Shown in pieces: positions 1-13,073 of a DNA stretch of 64,000 bases. The stretch lies in NCBI RefSeq assembly GCF_058153355.1, contig NZ_CM177019.1; one strand, written 5' to 3'. Positions within the stretch are counted from its first letter, which is position 1. Each line of letters begins with the position of its first letter. A program made the translations under genes and the position numbers. The notes below the pieces were generated by a model that was not told the origin of the DNA, made no database searches, and saw nothing but the letters and a program-made list of their open reading frames with translations.

Positions 1-24
1 TTTCGGTAAGCTGATTTTTTTCAT
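1..24 (-). CDS. fucI: L-fucose isomerase, first 8 codons only (gene runs off the window start)
   Basis: Reverse complement of 1-24 reads ATG AAA AAA ATC AGC TTA CCG AAA (MKKISLPK), the FucI N-terminus as I recall it, with GAGGAA Shine-Dalgarno upstream, directly downstream of fucP on the same strand. Confidence 0.5.
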
Positions 25-56
25 TACAGATTCCTCACTTTATTCGGAAAATATGT

Positions 57-1373
57 TCAGTTAGTTGCCGTTTGAGAACGGAAACGGGCAAAGATAAAGA
101 TGACCGCGAAGCAGAGTGCGGGGATCAGTTCGGCTGTGGGGATGTTGCCCGCCGCGTCACTGACAAAACCCATGACCGGAGTGACAATACCGCCGCCAAT
201 AATGGTCATAACGATGAAGGACGAGCCGTATTTGGTGTCCTGGCCGAGATTCTTTATGCCCAGCGAGAAGATTGTTGGGTACTGAATCGACATAAAGGCG
301 CTGCATAAAGTCAGGGCTATTAAACCCACATGACCGCCAGCGAAGGCTGAGATCAGGCACAGTGCCATAGCGATTAATGCGTAGGCTGCCAGGACTTTGT
401 GTGGTGCGAAGCGACTGATGAGCCAGGTGCCGGTGAAACGACCAATAAAGAAGCACACCATGGTTCCGGTTAAATAGTTAGCGGCAAAGCCTGCGGTCAT
501 ACCTGGAATTTCTTCTACAGCGTAGCGAATCAAATAGCTCCAGCAGGCCGTTTGCGCGCCGACGTAGCAGAATTGCGCTAATACTGCCCAGCGCCAGTGG
601 CGAATACGCGCCAGGCGAGAAAGCGATGCGGAGAACGATCCTTGTTTGGCGTCACTGTGATTATCACTCTGCAATGCCGGGAATTTCGTCAGCATGATCA
701 GCAGGGCGACCAGTAACACGATAGCCACGATGATCATATAAGGTGTCTGTACCGATAATACCAGGCTGTGTTTATACGCACTCAATTGCTCTGGTGACAT
801 TTTATCGAGAACGTCTTGCGATTGATGTGGCACGTTAGACAAAATAAGACTTTGCCCAAAGACAACCGCAATAATTGCGCCAAATGAGTTAAATGTTTGC
901 GCAAGATTTAAGCGAAAGTGACCGCTGCTTTCTGGTCCTAATACCGTAACGAAAGGGTTTGCGGCAGTTTCCAGACAACCTAATCCGGCTGCAATAATAA
1001 ATAGGCCAATTAAAAATAAGGTGTAGTTCATTATTTCTGCGGCGGGCCAGAATAATGCAGCGCCGAAGGCATATAAAAACAATCCGGTAATAATCCCTGC
1101 TTTATAACTGAGTTTTTTCATCAATATCCCGGCAGGGATTGGGATAATGAAATAACCAAAGTAAAAGGCCGATTGGATCAGACCTGCCTGAAAGTTTGTC
1201 AGCGTAAAAGCCTGCTGAAATTGAGGCAATAAAATGTCGTTAAGGTTATTGGCTACCGCCCAAAGAAAAAACAGTGAGCACAGCAGCGCGAATGGAATAA
1301 TGTAACTTCTGCTTTGCCCTGCATCTTTATCTACCGCACGGTAACTCTGCGTTTGTATTGATGTGTTTCCCAT
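57..1373 (-). CDS. fucP: L-fucose:H+ symporter (MFS)
   Basis: 438-aa ORF, polytopic membrane protein, sequence recognised as FucP; conserved position divergent from fucA. Confidence 0.95.
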   Translation of the reverse strand: MGNTSIQTQSYRAVDKDAGQSRSYIIPFALLCSLFFLWAVANNLNDILLPQFQQAFTLTNFQAGLIQSAFYFGYFIIPIPAGILMKKLSYKAGIITGLFLYAFGAALFWPAAEIMNYTLFLIGLFIIAAGLGCLETAANPFVTVLGPESSGHFRLNLAQTFNSFGAIIAVVFGQSLILSNVPHQSQDVLDKMSPEQLSAYKHSLVLSVQTPYMIIVAIVLLVALLIMLTKFPALQSDNHSDAKQGSFSASLSRLARIRHWRWAVLAQFCYVGAQTACWSYLIRYAVEEIPGMTAGFAANYLTGTMVCFFIGRFTGTWLISRFAPHKVLAAYALIAMALCLISAFAGGHVGLIALTLCSAFMSIQYPTIFSLGIKNLGQDTKYGSSFIVMTIIGGGIVTPVMGFVSDAAGNIPTAELIPALCFAVIFIFARFRSQTATN

Positions 1374-1919
1374 AGCATCCTCTTAGGTTCAGAAGCTTAA
1401 GCACGTAATCGGTTATGTTTTCAAAAGTGCAAAACCAGCGAGTTCGGGCTTCATATCAGTGAATATTTGCCTGTCTGAAATGAACTCATGGATTCATTTT
1501 CAAATAAAAAACGCTCTGTAATATGACGGCGGTCACACTTATTAGCTGGAAGGTGACTTTATGTGACTACCATCACTTTAATAATCGAAATTTCATGCCC
1601 GTTTCAGAAAATAAATCATAAAAAACACAAACCCGATGACCGTATTAATTGTTTGTGCCGAAAACGGGCATTTCTGGCGAGGGGGAATGGAAAAATGACC
1701 GTTTTGATAAATATTTTTAAGAGCGGTCATTTTTAATAGGGTTATAAAAAGAGAACTTGCAGTTATTTACTGTGATTAGTTGAACCAGGTCACAAAATAT
1801 AAGCTTGTGAATTTCTTTCTGGTTAATCAGGAAGAAGATGGTGGGTAATTAAACGGCTAATTCAATAGTGTGAAAGGAACAACATTATTGCCCTGTTTTG
1901 AATCAGAGAGAGGTAGCTA
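1374..1919. promoter_or_regulatory. divergent fucPIK / fucAO promoter region
   Basis: 546-bp AT-rich intergenic between divergently oriented fucP and fucA. In K-12 this interval carries FucR/CRP-dependent promoters; individual sites were not mapped here. Confidence 0.6.
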
Positions 1920-2567
1920 ATGGAACGAAATAAACTTGCTCGTCAGATTATTGACACTTGCCTGGAAATGACCCGCTTGGGACTGAACCAGGGGACAGCG
2001 GGTAACGTCAGTGTACGTTATCAGGATGGGATGCTGATTACGCCTACAGGTATTCCATATGAAAAACTGACGGAGTCGCATATTGTCTTTATTGATCGCA
2101 ACGGTAAACATGAGGAAGGAAAGCTCCCCTCAAGCGAATGGCGTTTCCATATGGCGGCCTATCAAAGCAGACCGGATGCCAACGCGGTTGTTCACAATCA
2201 TGCCGTTCATTGCACAGCAGTTTCTATTCTTAACCGACCAATCCCCGCTATTCACTACATGATTGCGGCGGCTGGCGGTAATTCTATTCCTTGCGCGCCT
2301 TATGCGACCTTTGGAACTCGGGAACTTTCTGAACATGTTGCGCTGGCTCTCAAAAACCGTAAGGCAACTTTGTTACAACATCATGGGCTTATCGCTTGTG
2401 AGGTGAATCTGGAGAAAGCGTTATGGCTGGCGCATGAGGTTGAAGTGCTGGCGCAGCTTTACCTGACGACCCTGGCGATTACGGACCCGGTGCCAGTGCT
2501 GAGCGATGAAGAGATTGCCGTAGTGCTGGAGAAATTCAAAACCTACGGGTTACGGATTGAAGAGTAA
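1920..2567 (+). CDS. fucA: L-fuculose-1-phosphate aldolase
   Basis: 215-aa ORF recognised as FucA (class II aldolase, HNHAVHCTA motif region). Confidence 0.95.
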   Translation: MERNKLARQIIDTCLEMTRLGLNQGTAGNVSVRYQDGMLITPTGIPYEKLTESHIVFIDRNGKHEEGKLPSSEWRFHMAAYQSRPDANAVVHNHAVHCTAVSILNRPIPAIHYMIAAAGGNSIPCAPYATFGTRELSEHVALALKNRKATLLQHHGLIACEVNLEKALWLAHEVEVLAQLYLTTLAITDPVPVLSDEEIAVVLEKFKTYGLRIEE

Positions 2568-2594
2568 TTTCGTAAAGCAAAAAGGAGCAGGATG

Positions 2595-3743
2595 ATGGCT
2601 AACAGAATGATTCTGAACGAAACGGCATGGTTTGGTCGGGGAGCTGTTGGGGCCTTAACTGATGAGGTGAAACGCCGTGGTTATCAGAAGGCACTGATCG
2701 TCACCGATAAAACGCTGGTGCAATGCGGCGTGGTGGCGAAAGTGACCGATAAGATGGATGCTGCAGGGCTGGCATGGGCGATTTACGATGGTGTAGTGCC
2801 CAACCCGACAATTACTGTCGTCAAAGAAGGGCTTGGTGTATTCCAGAGTAGCGGTGCGGATTACCTGATCGCTATTGGTGGTGGTTCTCCACAGGACACG
2901 TGTAAAGCGATTGGCATCATCAGCAACAACCCGGAATTCGCCGATGTGCGCAGTCTGGAAGGGCTTTCCCCGACCAATAAACCCAGTGTACCGATTCTGG
3001 CAATCCCCACCACAGCAGGCACTGCGGCAGAAGTGACCATTAACTATGTGATTACTGACGAAGAAAAACGACGCAAGTTCGTTTGTGTTGATCCGCATGA
3101 TATCCCGCAGGTGGCATTTATTGACGCTGACATGATGGATGGTATGCCGCCTGCGCTGAAAGCCGCGACGGGTGTCGATGCGCTCACTCATGCTATTGAG
3201 GGGTATATTACTCGTGGTGCGTGGGCGCTAACCGATGCGCTGCACATTAAAGCGATTGAAATTATTGCTGGGGCGCTACGAGGATCGGTTGCTGGTGATA
3301 AGGATGCCGGAGAAGAAATGGCGCTCGGGCAGTATGTTGCGGGTATGGGCTTCTCGAATGTTGGGTTAGGGTTGGTGCATGGTATGGCGCATCCACTGGG
3401 CGCGTTTTATAACACGCCACACGGTGTTGCGAACGCCATCCTGTTACCGCATGTCATGCGTTATAACGCCGAATTTACTGGCGAGAAGTACCGCGATATT
3501 GCGCGTGTAATGGGCGTAAAAGTGGAAGGTATGAGCCTGGAAGAGGCGCGTAATGCCGCTGTTGAAGCGGTGTTTGCTCTCAACCGTGATGTCGGTATTC
3601 CGCCACATTTGCGTGATGTTGGGGTACGCAAGGAAGACATTCCGGCACTGGCGCAGGCGGCACTGGATGATGTTTGTACCGGTGGCAACCCGCGTGAAGC
3701 AACGCTTGAGGATATTGTAGCGCTTTACCATACCGCCTGGTAA
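2595..3743 (+). CDS. fucO: lactaldehyde reductase (L-1,2-propanediol oxidoreductase, Fe-ADH family)
   Basis: ORF 2592-3743; start placed at the second Met (MANRMILNE...) to match the 382-aa FucO; GGGS motif of iron-containing alcohol dehydrogenases; RBS AGGAG upstream. Confidence 0.95.
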   Translation: MANRMILNETAWFGRGAVGALTDEVKRRGYQKALIVTDKTLVQCGVVAKVTDKMDAAGLAWAIYDGVVPNPTITVVKEGLGVFQSSGADYLIAIGGGSPQDTCKAIGIISNNPEFADVRSLEGLSPTNKPSVPILAIPTTAGTAAEVTINYVITDEEKRRKFVCVDPHDIPQVAFIDADMMDGMPPALKAATGVDALTHAIEGYITRGAWALTDALHIKAIEIIAGALRGSVAGDKDAGEEMALGQYVAGMGFSNVGLGLVHGMAHPLGAFYNTPHGVANAILLPHVMRYNAEFTGEKYRDIARVMGVKVEGMSLEEARNAAVEAVFALNRDVGIPPHLRDVGVRKEDIPALAQAALDDVCTGGNPREATLEDIVALYHTAW

Positions 3744-3761
3744 ATGCGCTGATGTGATAAT

Positions 3762-3791
3762 GCCGGATACGACGTTTGCGGCGTATCCGGC
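3762..3791. terminator. REP-like hairpin between convergent fucO and xni
   Basis: 10-bp perfect inverted repeat GCCGGATACG / CGTATCCGGC with a 10-nt loop, resembling REP palindromes; sits between two convergent stop codons. Confidence 0.5.
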
Positions 3792-3797
3792 ACGCCG

Positions 3798-4664
<867 letters not shown>

Positions 4665-6032
4665 TTAATCGCAGGCAACGATCTTCATCGCCAGGCCACC
4701 ACGAGAGGTTTCGCGGTACTTGGCATTCATATCTTTACCTGTTTCGTACATGGTTTCGATAACTTTATCGAGGCAGACACGAGGTTCGCTGGTACGGCGT
4801 AGCGCCATACGTGCAGCGTTCACCGCTTTTACTGCCGCAATGGCGTTACGCTCAATGCACGGTACCTGAACTTGTCCAGCAACCGGGTCACAAGTCAGAC
4901 CGAGGTTGTGTTCCATGGCGATTTCCGCCGCGATGCACACCTGCGCCGGGCTTGCGCCTAACAGTTCTGCCAGACCAGCTGCCGCCATAGAGCACGCCAC
5001 GCCAACTTCACCCTGGCAACCCACTTCGGCACCAGAAATCGAGGCGTTCATCTTATAAAGAGAACCAATCGCGCTTGCTACCAGCAGGTAACGAGCCAGT
5101 GAGTTAGCGTTCACTTCGCGGATAAACTTGTCGTAGTACGCCAGCACTGCCGGGATAATCCCGCACGCACCGTTAGTCGGCGCAGTCACCACGCGACCGC
5201 CCGCAGCGTTCTCTTCGTTCACTGCCAGCGCAAACATGTTGATCCAGTCAACAACTGCCATCGGATCAGTGGTGGTTTTATCCTGGCTAACCAGCATCCG
5301 GCGCAGTGCCGCAGCGCGGCGTGGAACGCGCAGTTTGCCTGGCAACACGCCTTCGGTGGCAATACCGCGCTCAATACCGCCACGCATTACTTCCCAGACG
5401 TTCGCCAGGTGCTGTTCCAGTTCTTCTTTGCTGTGCAGCGCCAGCTCGTTTTTCATCATCAGACCAGAGAGTGACAGCCCGGTCTCCTGACAATGTTTTT
5501 GAAGATCGGCAGCGGAACTGTACGGATAAGGAACTTCAACCGGTGCGCTATCCTGCTGGCCAAAATGTTCTTCATCAACGATAAAGCCACCGCCGATAGA
5601 GTAGTAAGTCTGGCTGTAAACGACTTTATCGCCCGCCAGCGCGGTAATGCGCATGCCGTTTTCATGCAGAGAAAGGTTATCGGCATGGAAGTTCATGCAC
5701 TGATCAACCGGGAACTCCACTTCGTGCTGACCGTTTGCCAACATCAGGCGACCATGAGTATTCACATCCTGAATAAAACCAGGGATGGAATCGATATCCA
5801 CGGTATCCGGCAGGTTACCCGCCAGACCCATAATTATGGCGATATCTGTGTGGTGGCCTTTACCGGTCAGAGAGAGCGAGCCGTACACGTCAACCACCAC
5901 GCGGGTCACGTCTTTAAGCAGGTTACGGGCAATCAGATCGTCGGTAAATTGCTTACCCGCTTTCATTGGTCCAACGGTATGAGAACTGGAAGGGCCAATG
6001 CCGATTTTGAAAATATCGAATACGCTAATCAT
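4665..6032 (-). CDS. sdaB: L-serine dehydratase 2
   Basis: 455-aa ORF recognised as SdaB (Fe-S L-serine deaminase). Confidence 0.95.
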   Translation of the reverse strand: MISVFDIFKIGIGPSSSHTVGPMKAGKQFTDDLIARNLLKDVTRVVVDVYGSLSLTGKGHHTDIAIIMGLAGNLPDTVDIDSIPGFIQDVNTHGRLMLANGQHEVEFPVDQCMNFHADNLSLHENGMRITALAGDKVVYSQTYYSIGGGFIVDEEHFGQQDSAPVEVPYPYSSAADLQKHCQETGLSLSGLMMKNELALHSKEELEQHLANVWEVMRGGIERGIATEGVLPGKLRVPRRAAALRRMLVSQDKTTTDPMAVVDWINMFALAVNEENAAGGRVVTAPTNGACGIIPAVLAYYDKFIREVNANSLARYLLVASAIGSLYKMNASISGAEVGCQGEVGVACSMAAAGLAELLGASPAQVCIAAEIAMEHNLGLTCDPVAGQVQVPCIERNAIAAVKAVNAARMALRRTSEPRVCLDKVIETMYETGKDMNAKYRETSRGGLAMKIVACD

Positions 6033-6089
6033 AGGAAATACATCGCGTTAAAACGGAGGAAGCGCCGCCCGAAAGCGGCGCGAAAGGAC

Positions 6090-7379
6090 TTAGCTGAACA
6101 GAGAGTAGAAGATTGCGGAGATTGCAATCAGACCCATCACGACAACGAATACGTTGCTGATGTGACCGCTGTACTTACGCATTGCCGGTACTTTCTGGAT
6201 TGCGTACATCGGCATCAGGAACAGGATCATCGCGATGATTGGGCCGCCCAGGGTTTCAATCATACCCAGGATGCTCGGGTTCAGGGTGGCAACAATCCAG
6301 GTCGTTACCAGCATGAACAGCGCAGTGATACGGTTCAGCTTGTTGATTTCGATAGACTTACCTTTACCACGCAGAGATTTAATCACCATACCGTTGAAGC
6401 CTTCACGTGCACCCAGGTAGTGGCCGAGGAAGGATTTGGTGATAGCGATAATCGCGATAATCGGAGCCATCCACGCGATGATCGGCGCGTTAAAGTGGTT
6501 AGCCAGGTAAGACAGAATAGAGATGTTCTGCTCTTTAGCCGCAGCCAGGTCTGCCGGAGTCAGGCTCAGTACGCAGCTGAAGACGAAGAACATTACGGTC
6601 AGCACCATCATGATGTGTGCGAATGCCAGGATCTTCGAGCATTTCTGTTCTGCCATATCGCCGTACTCTTCACGCTTCGCAACGGCGAAAGAAGAGATGA
6701 TCGGAGAGTGGTTGAACGAGAACACCATGACCGGAATCGCCAGCCACAGGGTCATCCACAGACCGTTGCCGGTTGCCGATGCAGTGTCCAGAGACAGCGT
6801 TTCCAGTGCTGCGCCGTTCCACTGAGGGATCAGGTACAGAGCCAGCAGCATCAGTACACCAACAAACGGGAATACCAGAATACTCATCGCCTTCACGATC
6901 ATCTGCTCACCGAAGCGAACAATGGTCATCATACCCACAATCAGGATCAGAGACAGAATCGCACGCGGCGGCGGCGTCATACCCAGCTGGTGAGACATGA
7001 AGCTTTCAACCGTGTTGGTGATTGCCACACTGTAAACCAGCAGGATCGGGTAGATAGCAAAGAAGTAGAGCAGGGTAATCAGTTTACCTGCACCAATACC
7101 AAAGTGTTCTTCTACAACCTCGGTGATGTCTTCGCCTGGGTTTTTACCAGACAGTACGAAGCGAGTCAGGCCGCGGTGAGCAAAAAACGTCATCGGGAAC
7201 GCAAGGATAGCCATGATGATCAGCGGGATCATACCGCCAACACCGGCGTTGATTGGCAGGAACAGCACGCCCGCGCCGATTGCCGTGCCGTAAAGGCCCA
7301 GCATCCACATGGTGTCTGTCTTGCGCCATGCACTACGTGAGTCTTTCGACACAATCGTGCTGGTTTGAGTCGTTTCCAT
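6090..7379 (-). CDS. sdaC: serine:H+ symporter
   Basis: ORF 6090-7382 (MMETTQT...); 429-aa polytopic transporter recognised as SdaC, upstream of sdaB on the same strand. Confidence 0.93.
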   Translation of the reverse strand: METTQTSTIVSKDSRSAWRKTDTMWMLGLYGTAIGAGVLFLPINAGVGGMIPLIIMAILAFPMTFFAHRGLTRFVLSGKNPGEDITEVVEEHFGIGAGKLITLLYFFAIYPILLVYSVAITNTVESFMSHQLGMTPPPRAILSLILIVGMMTIVRFGEQMIVKAMSILVFPFVGVLMLLALYLIPQWNGAALETLSLDTASATGNGLWMTLWLAIPVMVFSFNHSPIISSFAVAKREEYGDMAEQKCSKILAFAHIMMVLTVMFFVFSCVLSLTPADLAAAKEQNISILSYLANHFNAPIIAWMAPIIAIIAITKSFLGHYLGAREGFNGMVIKSLRGKGKSIEINKLNRITALFMLVTTWIVATLNPSILGMIETLGGPIIAMILFLMPMYAIQKVPAMRKYSGHISNVFVVVMGLIAISAIFYSLFS

Positions 7380-7935
7380 CAATTTCTCCTGGAGGAATGC
7401 AAATAATTCAGCTTTTAGCCAGTTCAGCCCGGGAAGGTGCCTGACCGTAAAAATGAAATCTGTCTATCGGCGATGGCTTAATCATTTTCCGCCGTAATAA
7501 TTTGAGGGCGGAAAGATACACACAAGTTATGTATCTATCAGTGATCTTGATCTCAAATACAATAATCTACTTGGAAGATAGATAATCTCAACGCTTTACT
7601 CTGTAAATCAAAAGTAAAAGAGAATTTAAGGGCAATATTTGCCCATTAAACGACATCTGACCTCTTCCGGGGCGCGCAATATATGTAGGTTGAGCTGAAA
7701 AAATCAATACTTTTAGTGAATAATGTGGATAATTTATTTTTCATAGCGATAAAATGTGGTTTGTGAAAACAGGGAAACGTTTGCGTTGCAATATAAATTG
7801 TATGACATATTAACTGTGATGATATTTATCGCGTGAGGATGGTAAGAAACATTTATATAACAAATGAAATGAATTGATGAGTAAGTAACCAAAAACGAGA
7901 AAACCCGGCAACAAACGTCACCGGGGAAGGGGAGA

Positions 7936-9300
7936 TTACGTGCAGATTTCGTAGCAAGGGATGTAGGCTGAGCCTGGCAACTTCATACGATGCTGGGCAA
8001 CAAAACCCTGTAGCAGGTCGTCCATACGACGCATAATCTCTTTATCGCCGTTGATTTTGTAAGGACCAAACTCTTCAATGGCGCGAATACCGACTTCTTT
8101 TACGTTACCCGCCACAATACCGGAGAACGCACGACGCAGATCAGCGGCCAAAACTTCTACTGGCTGATCCGGATACAGTTTCAGATTAGCCATGTTCTCG
8201 TGAGACGGCTCAAACGGCATTTGCAGATCGGGCGCAATGCGCATTGACCAGTTAAAGCTGTAGGCATCGCCCGTATCGCGACGGTTTTCTTTCACCAGCG
8301 GCATCGATTTTTTCATCTGACGAGCGACTTCAGCGGCGTCATCAATGATGATGCGATAATGGCGTCGCGCGTTTTCTCCCAGCGTATGCACGACAAACTC
8401 GTCCAGTACGCGGAAGTAGTCTGCGCTCTCTTTCGGGCCGGTGAGGATCAATGGTAAAACCTGATCTTTGTTGGCCGGGTTCATTAAAATTCCCAGCAAA
8501 TACAGCAACTCTTCTGCCGTACCCACACCGCCAGGGAAGATAATGATACCGTGAGCGATACGGACAAACGCTTCCAGACGTTTTTCGATATCTGGCATGA
8601 TGATCAATTCGTTGACCAGCGGGTTAGGCGGTTCAGCGGCGATAATCGACGGCTCTGTCATACCAATAAAACGACTGTCTTTGTAACGCTGCTGTGCGTG
8701 TCCGACCGCAGCACCTTTCATCGGCGCTTCCATCGCTCCCGGACCACAGCCGGTGCAGATATTCAGCTCACGCAGGCCCAGCTGATTCCCGACGCGACGG
8801 GCATACAAATACTCGTTTTCGTTAATTGAGTGCCCGCCCCAGCAGACCACCATATTTGGCGCTTCACCGACATGCAGTGCGCGAGCGTTACGCAAGATGG
8901 AAAAGACCAGGTTAGTGATGTGGACGGAGTTGTCGAGATTCAGGTTGGGAAAACGAACGGTGTTATGGATTTGCCCGTAAACGAAGAGAATGTCACGCAG
9001 AACCGCGAACAAGTTGGCCTGCAAAGCGCGGATAATACGCCCATCGACAAAAGCTTCTTCCGGGGGATTAATCAGTTCCAGCTTTACGCCGCGTTCACGG
9101 CGCAGGACGTTAATATCGAAATTTTCAAAACGAGACAGCAATTCTTTGCTGTTATCGGTCAAACTACCGGAGTTCAGTACGGCAAGTGAACAGTTGCGAA
9201 ACAGTTGATAGAGGTCGCTGCTGGCGGTGCGTTTAAGCATATCCACTTCCAGCTGCGACAACATATCCATGGAGCCAAGCGGGCTAATATGTGTAATCAA
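7936..9300 (-). CDS. ppnN: nucleotide 5'-monophosphate nucleosidase (LOG family)
   Basis: 454-aa ORF recognised as YgdH/PpnN; PGGxGTxxE LOG-family motif present ([10 protein letters not shown]). Confidence 0.9.
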
Positions 9301-9411
9301 GAAAAACTCCTTATGGGACGAATATCGTCATTCCCTTTGATTACAATAGCCCTGCCTGATGACCTTTCACAACCTTCTGCGTGAATCCAGCACGCAAAAT
9401 TGAGAAAAAAT

Positions 9412-10260
9412 TTATTGCCGAACCAGTCTTGTGGTCGATGGGACAAAATCGCTATTACTGCGCCACGGGTTAATGTCCAGACCGCCACGACGGGTATAAC
9501 GTGCGTAAACGCTCAATTTCTCTGGCTGGCAGAAGCGTAACAGGTCATTAAAGATGCGTTCCACGCACTGTTCATGGAACTCGTTGTGATGACGGAAAGA
9601 GACCAGGTAACGCAGCAGTTTTTCCCTGTCAATTTGGCGTCCGCGATACTGAATTTGGATCGAACCCCAATCTGGTTGATGGGTGATCAGGCAATTTGAT
9701 TTCAGCAGGTGGCTGACAAGCGTCTCTTCTACTACTTTTTCGCCACTGGTGGCATTCTCCAGATAGTCAGTAGTGAATTCATAGTTATCGATAGTGATAT
9801 CCTGGTTATCAATGCAAGTGCCATTGAAATGACCTATCGGTTGGCCTTCCAGTTCATCAAGGCGATATAACGCCACGCTAACATTACCCTGGGCGCAAGT
9901 GCTTAAGTCGCGCTCCAGCGTCTGGCGCACCTCATCCCAGTTATTAAAACGCGTCTGGTTAAAACTGTTGAGATAGAGCTTAAAACTCTTCGACTCAATC
10001 AGATTTGCGCTGGTGTAATCAAGTTCAACATGACCGACGGCGACCTGCGGCAAACCTTTCGCATTCAGCCAGGAAAGTTCATATAGCGTCCAGATATCCG
10101 TACCATGAAATGGCAGGTTATCCGCTTTCAGACCCAGCGGATCGCGATTCAGACTACGCGGAACGCCTTGTAGCAGGCTGGCGTCATAGGTATCCCGGTA
10201 ATCGGTTGATTTTCCAAGAGTCAGGCCCGCAAGTGCCTGATGGTTTGCATAAGAAGACAT
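9412..10260 (-). CDS. queF: NADPH-dependent 7-cyano-7-deazaguanine reductase
   Basis: 282-aa ORF recognised as two-domain QueF (YqcD). Confidence 0.92.
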   Translation of the reverse strand: MSSYANHQALAGLTLGKSTDYRDTYDASLLQGVPRSLNRDPLGLKADNLPFHGTDIWTLYELSWLNAKGLPQVAVGHVELDYTSANLIESKSFKLYLNSFNQTRFNNWDEVRQTLERDLSTCAQGNVSVALYRLDELEGQPIGHFNGTCIDNQDITIDNYEFTTDYLENATSGEKVVEETLVSHLLKSNCLITHQPDWGSIQIQYRGRQIDREKLLRYLVSFRHHNEFHEQCVERIFNDLLRFCQPEKLSVYARYTRRGGLDINPWRSNSDFVPSTTRLVRQ

Positions 10261-10327
10261 GTTTCACCGTCATAAACCAGATAAACTAAACGACAAGTGT
10301 ATCTGGTTTAAGTGAAGAGAGAAATTA

Positions 10328-10873
10328 GTGGACGATTTGACCGCACAAGCCTTGAAAGATTTTACTGCACGCTACTGCGATGCGTGGCATGAAGAGCATA
10401 AAAGCTGGCCGTTAAGTGAGGAACTGTACGGCGTTCCTTCACCGTGCATTATTTCAACTACTGAAGATGCCGTATACTGGCAACCCCAGCCGTTTACCGG
10501 GGAACAAAATGTAAACGCGGTTGAACGCGCTTTTGATATTGTGATACAACCCACAATTCATACCTTTTATACGACTCAGTTTGCCGGGGATATGCACGCG
10601 CAGTTTGGCGATATCAAACTGACATTGCTGCAAACCTGGAGTGAAGACGACTTCCGTCGGGTGCAGGAAAATCTGATTGGTCATCTGGTGACTCAGAAAA
10701 GGCTAAAACTGCCGCCCACGCTATTTATCGCGACGCTGGAAGAAGAGTTAGAGGTCATCTCGGTGTGTAATCTCTCCGGTGAAGTGTGCAAAGAGACGCT
10801 GGGAACACGCAAACGGACGCATTTAGCCTCAAATCTTGCGGAATTCCTTAATCAACTTAAGCCTCTTCTGTAA
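10328..10873 (+). CDS. syd: SecY-interacting protein Syd
   Basis: 181-aa ORF recognised as Syd; conserved neighbour of csrB. Confidence 0.9.
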
Positions 10874-10892
10874 TCCAAATACCCCATCTTGT

Positions 10893-10910
10893 TGTGAGAG
10901 ATCTCTTACA
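10893..10910. promoter_or_regulatory. 18-bp near-palindrome TGTGAGAGATCTCTTACA, candidate UvrY (BarA/UvrY) box upstream of csrB
   Basis: Near-perfect inverted repeat about 175 bp upstream of the csrB 5' end; matches my recollection of the UvrY-binding site at csrB. Confidence 0.5.
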
Positions 10911-11083
10911 GACTCTGTAGGAGATCGCCAGGAAATAAGCGAATACTTAAAAAGATAAGAATCGTTATTTTCATTTAAAATCAATATATTGCTTGTTAAT
11001 TCTTAACTTTCATATGAAATTTTCCTTAAGGCATTGTCTGTAAGCGCCTTGTAAGACTTCGCGAAAAAGACGATTCTATCTTC

Positions 11084-11449
11084 GTCGACAGGGAGTCAGA
11101 CAACGAAGTGAACATCAGGATGATGACACTTCTGAAGGACACACCAGGAGGGTGTTTCAGGGAAAGGCTTCTGGATGAAGCGAAGAGGATGACGCAGGAC
11201 GCGTTAAAGGACACCTCCAGGATGGAGAATGAGAACCGGTCAGGATGATTCGGTGGGTCAGGAAGGCCAGGGACACTTCAGGATGAAGTATCACATCGGG
11301 GTGGTGTGAGCAGGAAGCAATAGTTCAGGATGAACTATTGGCCGCAAGGCCAGAGGAAAAGTTGTTAAGGATGAGCAGGGAGCAACAAAAGTAGCTGGAA
11401 TGCTGCGAAACGAACCGGGAGCACTGTGAATACAGTGCTCCCTTTTTTT
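11084..11449 (+). ncRNA. csrB: CsrB small RNA (CsrA-sequestering)
   Basis: Begins GTCGACAGGGAGTCAGACAACG; about 18-20 repeated CAGGA(U)G/AGGA motifs at roughly 15-25 nt intervals; ends in a GC hairpin GGGAGCACTGTGAATACAGTGCTCCC followed by T7 (11418-11449). Confidence 0.92.
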
Positions 11450-11494
11450 ATTCCTGCTATCCTTCGCGGCAGTTTTTCTTATTGAGGTTGCTTT

Positions 11495-11824
11495 ATGACC
11501 ACTCATGACCGCGTTCGTCTCCAGTTGCAGGCGCTTGAAGCGTTACTACGTGAACATCAGCACTGGCGAAACGATGAACCCCAGCCGCATCAATTTAACA
11601 GTACCCAACCGTTCTTTATGGACACCATGGAACCACTGGAGTGGTTGCAGTGGGTGCTGATCCCGCGAATGCACGATTTGTTAGATAACAACCAGCCGTT
11701 ACCGGGCGCTTTTGCCGTTGCACCCTATTATGAAATGGCGCTGGCGACGGACCACCCGCAACGCGCGCTTATTCTGGCTGAGCTGGAAAAACTGGATGCT
11801 CTTTTTGCGGATGATGCGAGCTAA
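11495..11824 (+). CDS. yqcC: DUF446-family protein YqcC
   Basis: 109-aa ORF, conserved position upstream of truC with overlapping stop/start. Confidence 0.85.
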   Translation: MTTHDRVRLQLQALEALLREHQHWRNDEPQPHQFNSTQPFFMDTMEPLEWLQWVLIPRMHDLLDNNQPLPGAFAVAPYYEMALATDHPQRALILAELEKLDALFADDAS

Positions 11825-12606
11825 TGCTGGAAATACTCTATCAGGATGAATGGCTGGTTGCGGTAAATAAACCCTCCGGCTGGCTGGTTCACCGCAGCTG
11901 GCTGGATCGCGACGAGAAAGTAGTGGTCATGCAAACCGTGCGTGACCAGATAGGCCAGCATGTTTTTACTGCTCATCGTCTGGACCGACCAACTTCTGGT
12001 GTGTTGTTGATGGGATTATCCGGCGAGGCCGGACGGCTGCTGGCACAACAGTTTGAACAGCACCAAATCCAGAAACGTTACCATGCGATTGTGCGCGGCT
12101 GGTTGATGGAAGAAGCAGTTCTGGATTATCCACTGGTGGAAGAACTGGACAAAATCGCTGATAAATTCGCCCGCGAAGATAAAGGTCCACAGCCAGCGGT
12201 GACACATTATCGCGGTCTGGCGACCGTAGAAATGCCTGTAGCGACCGGACGTTACCCGACTACGCGCTACGGTCTGGTGGAACTGGAGCCGAAAACAGGA
12301 CGCAAGCATCAGCTCCGTCGCCATCTTGCCCACTTGCGCCATCCGATTATTGGCGACAGCAAACATGGTGATTTACGTCAGAATCGTAGCGGTGTTGAAC
12401 ATTTTGGCCTTCAGCGGTTAATGCTGCATGCCAGTCAGTTGTCATTGACACATCCATTTACTGGCGAGCCGCTGACTATTCACGCGGGCCTGGACGACAC
12501 CTGGATGCAGGCGTTATCACAATTTGGCTGGCGTGGTCTGCTTCCTGAAAATGAAAGGGTTGAGTTCAGCGCGCCATCGGGTCAGGATGGAGAGATAAGT
12601 TCCTAA
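11824..12606 (+). CDS. truC: tRNA pseudouridine(65) synthase
   Basis: 260-aa ORF, RluA-family pseudouridine synthase motifs ([12 protein letters not shown]). Confidence 0.9.
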   Translation: MLEILYQDEWLVAVNKPSGWLVHRSWLDRDEKVVVMQTVRDQIGQHVFTAHRLDRPTSGVLLMGLSGEAGRLLAQQFEQHQIQKRYHAIVRGWLMEEAVLDYPLVEELDKIADKFAREDKGPQPAVTHYRGLATVEMPVATGRYPTTRYGLVELEPKTGRKHQLRRHLAHLRHPIIGDSKHGDLRQNRSGVEHFGLQRLMLHASQLSLTHPFTGEPLTIHAGLDDTWMQALSQFGWRGLLPENERVEFSAPSGQDGEISS

Positions 12607-12623
12607 TCCAGGGAGAAAACGGT

Positions 12624-13073
12624 ATGGCGGAAATTGGTATTTTTGTGGGCACCATGTACGGAAATTCACTGTTAGTGGCGGAAGAAGCGGAAGCAATTCT
12701 GACCGCGCTGGGCCACAAAGTAACGGTATTTGAAGATCCTGAATTAAGTGACTGGCTGCCCTATCAGGATAAGTTCGTTCTGGTGGTTACGTCCACGACC
12801 GGGCAGGGCGACCTTCCTGATAGCATTGTGCCGCTCTTTCAGGGAATTAAAGATACCCTGGGCTTCCAGCCGAATCTGCGTTATGGCGTGATTGCGCTCG
12901 GCGACAGTAGTTATGTGAATTTCTGCAATGGCGGCAAACAGTTCGATGCCTTGTTGCAGGAACAGAGCGCTCAGCGAGTTGGCGAAATGCTGTTGATTGA
13001 CGCCAGTGATAACCCGGAACCGGAAACGGAATCAAATCCGTGGGTCGAACATTGGGGCACGCTGTTGTCCTGA
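12624..13073 (+). CDS. yqcA: flavodoxin-like protein
   Basis: 149-aa ORF, flavodoxin fold signature ([10 protein letters not shown]... [10 protein letters not shown]). Confidence 0.88.
   Translation: MAEIGIFVGTMYGNSLLVAEEAEAILTALGHKVTVFEDPELSDWLPYQDKFVLVVTSTTGQGDLPDSIVPLFQGIKDTLGFQPNLRYGVIALGDSSYVNFCNGGKQFDALLQEQSAQRVGEMLLIDASDNPEPETESNPWVEHWGTLLS

Noticed and set aside
5493-7340. 615-aa plus-strand ORF
   Set aside because: Lies entirely antisense to sdaB and sdaC, spans their intergenic gap, and has a His/Arg/Gln-rich low-complexity translation; antisense shadow of two well-supported genes.
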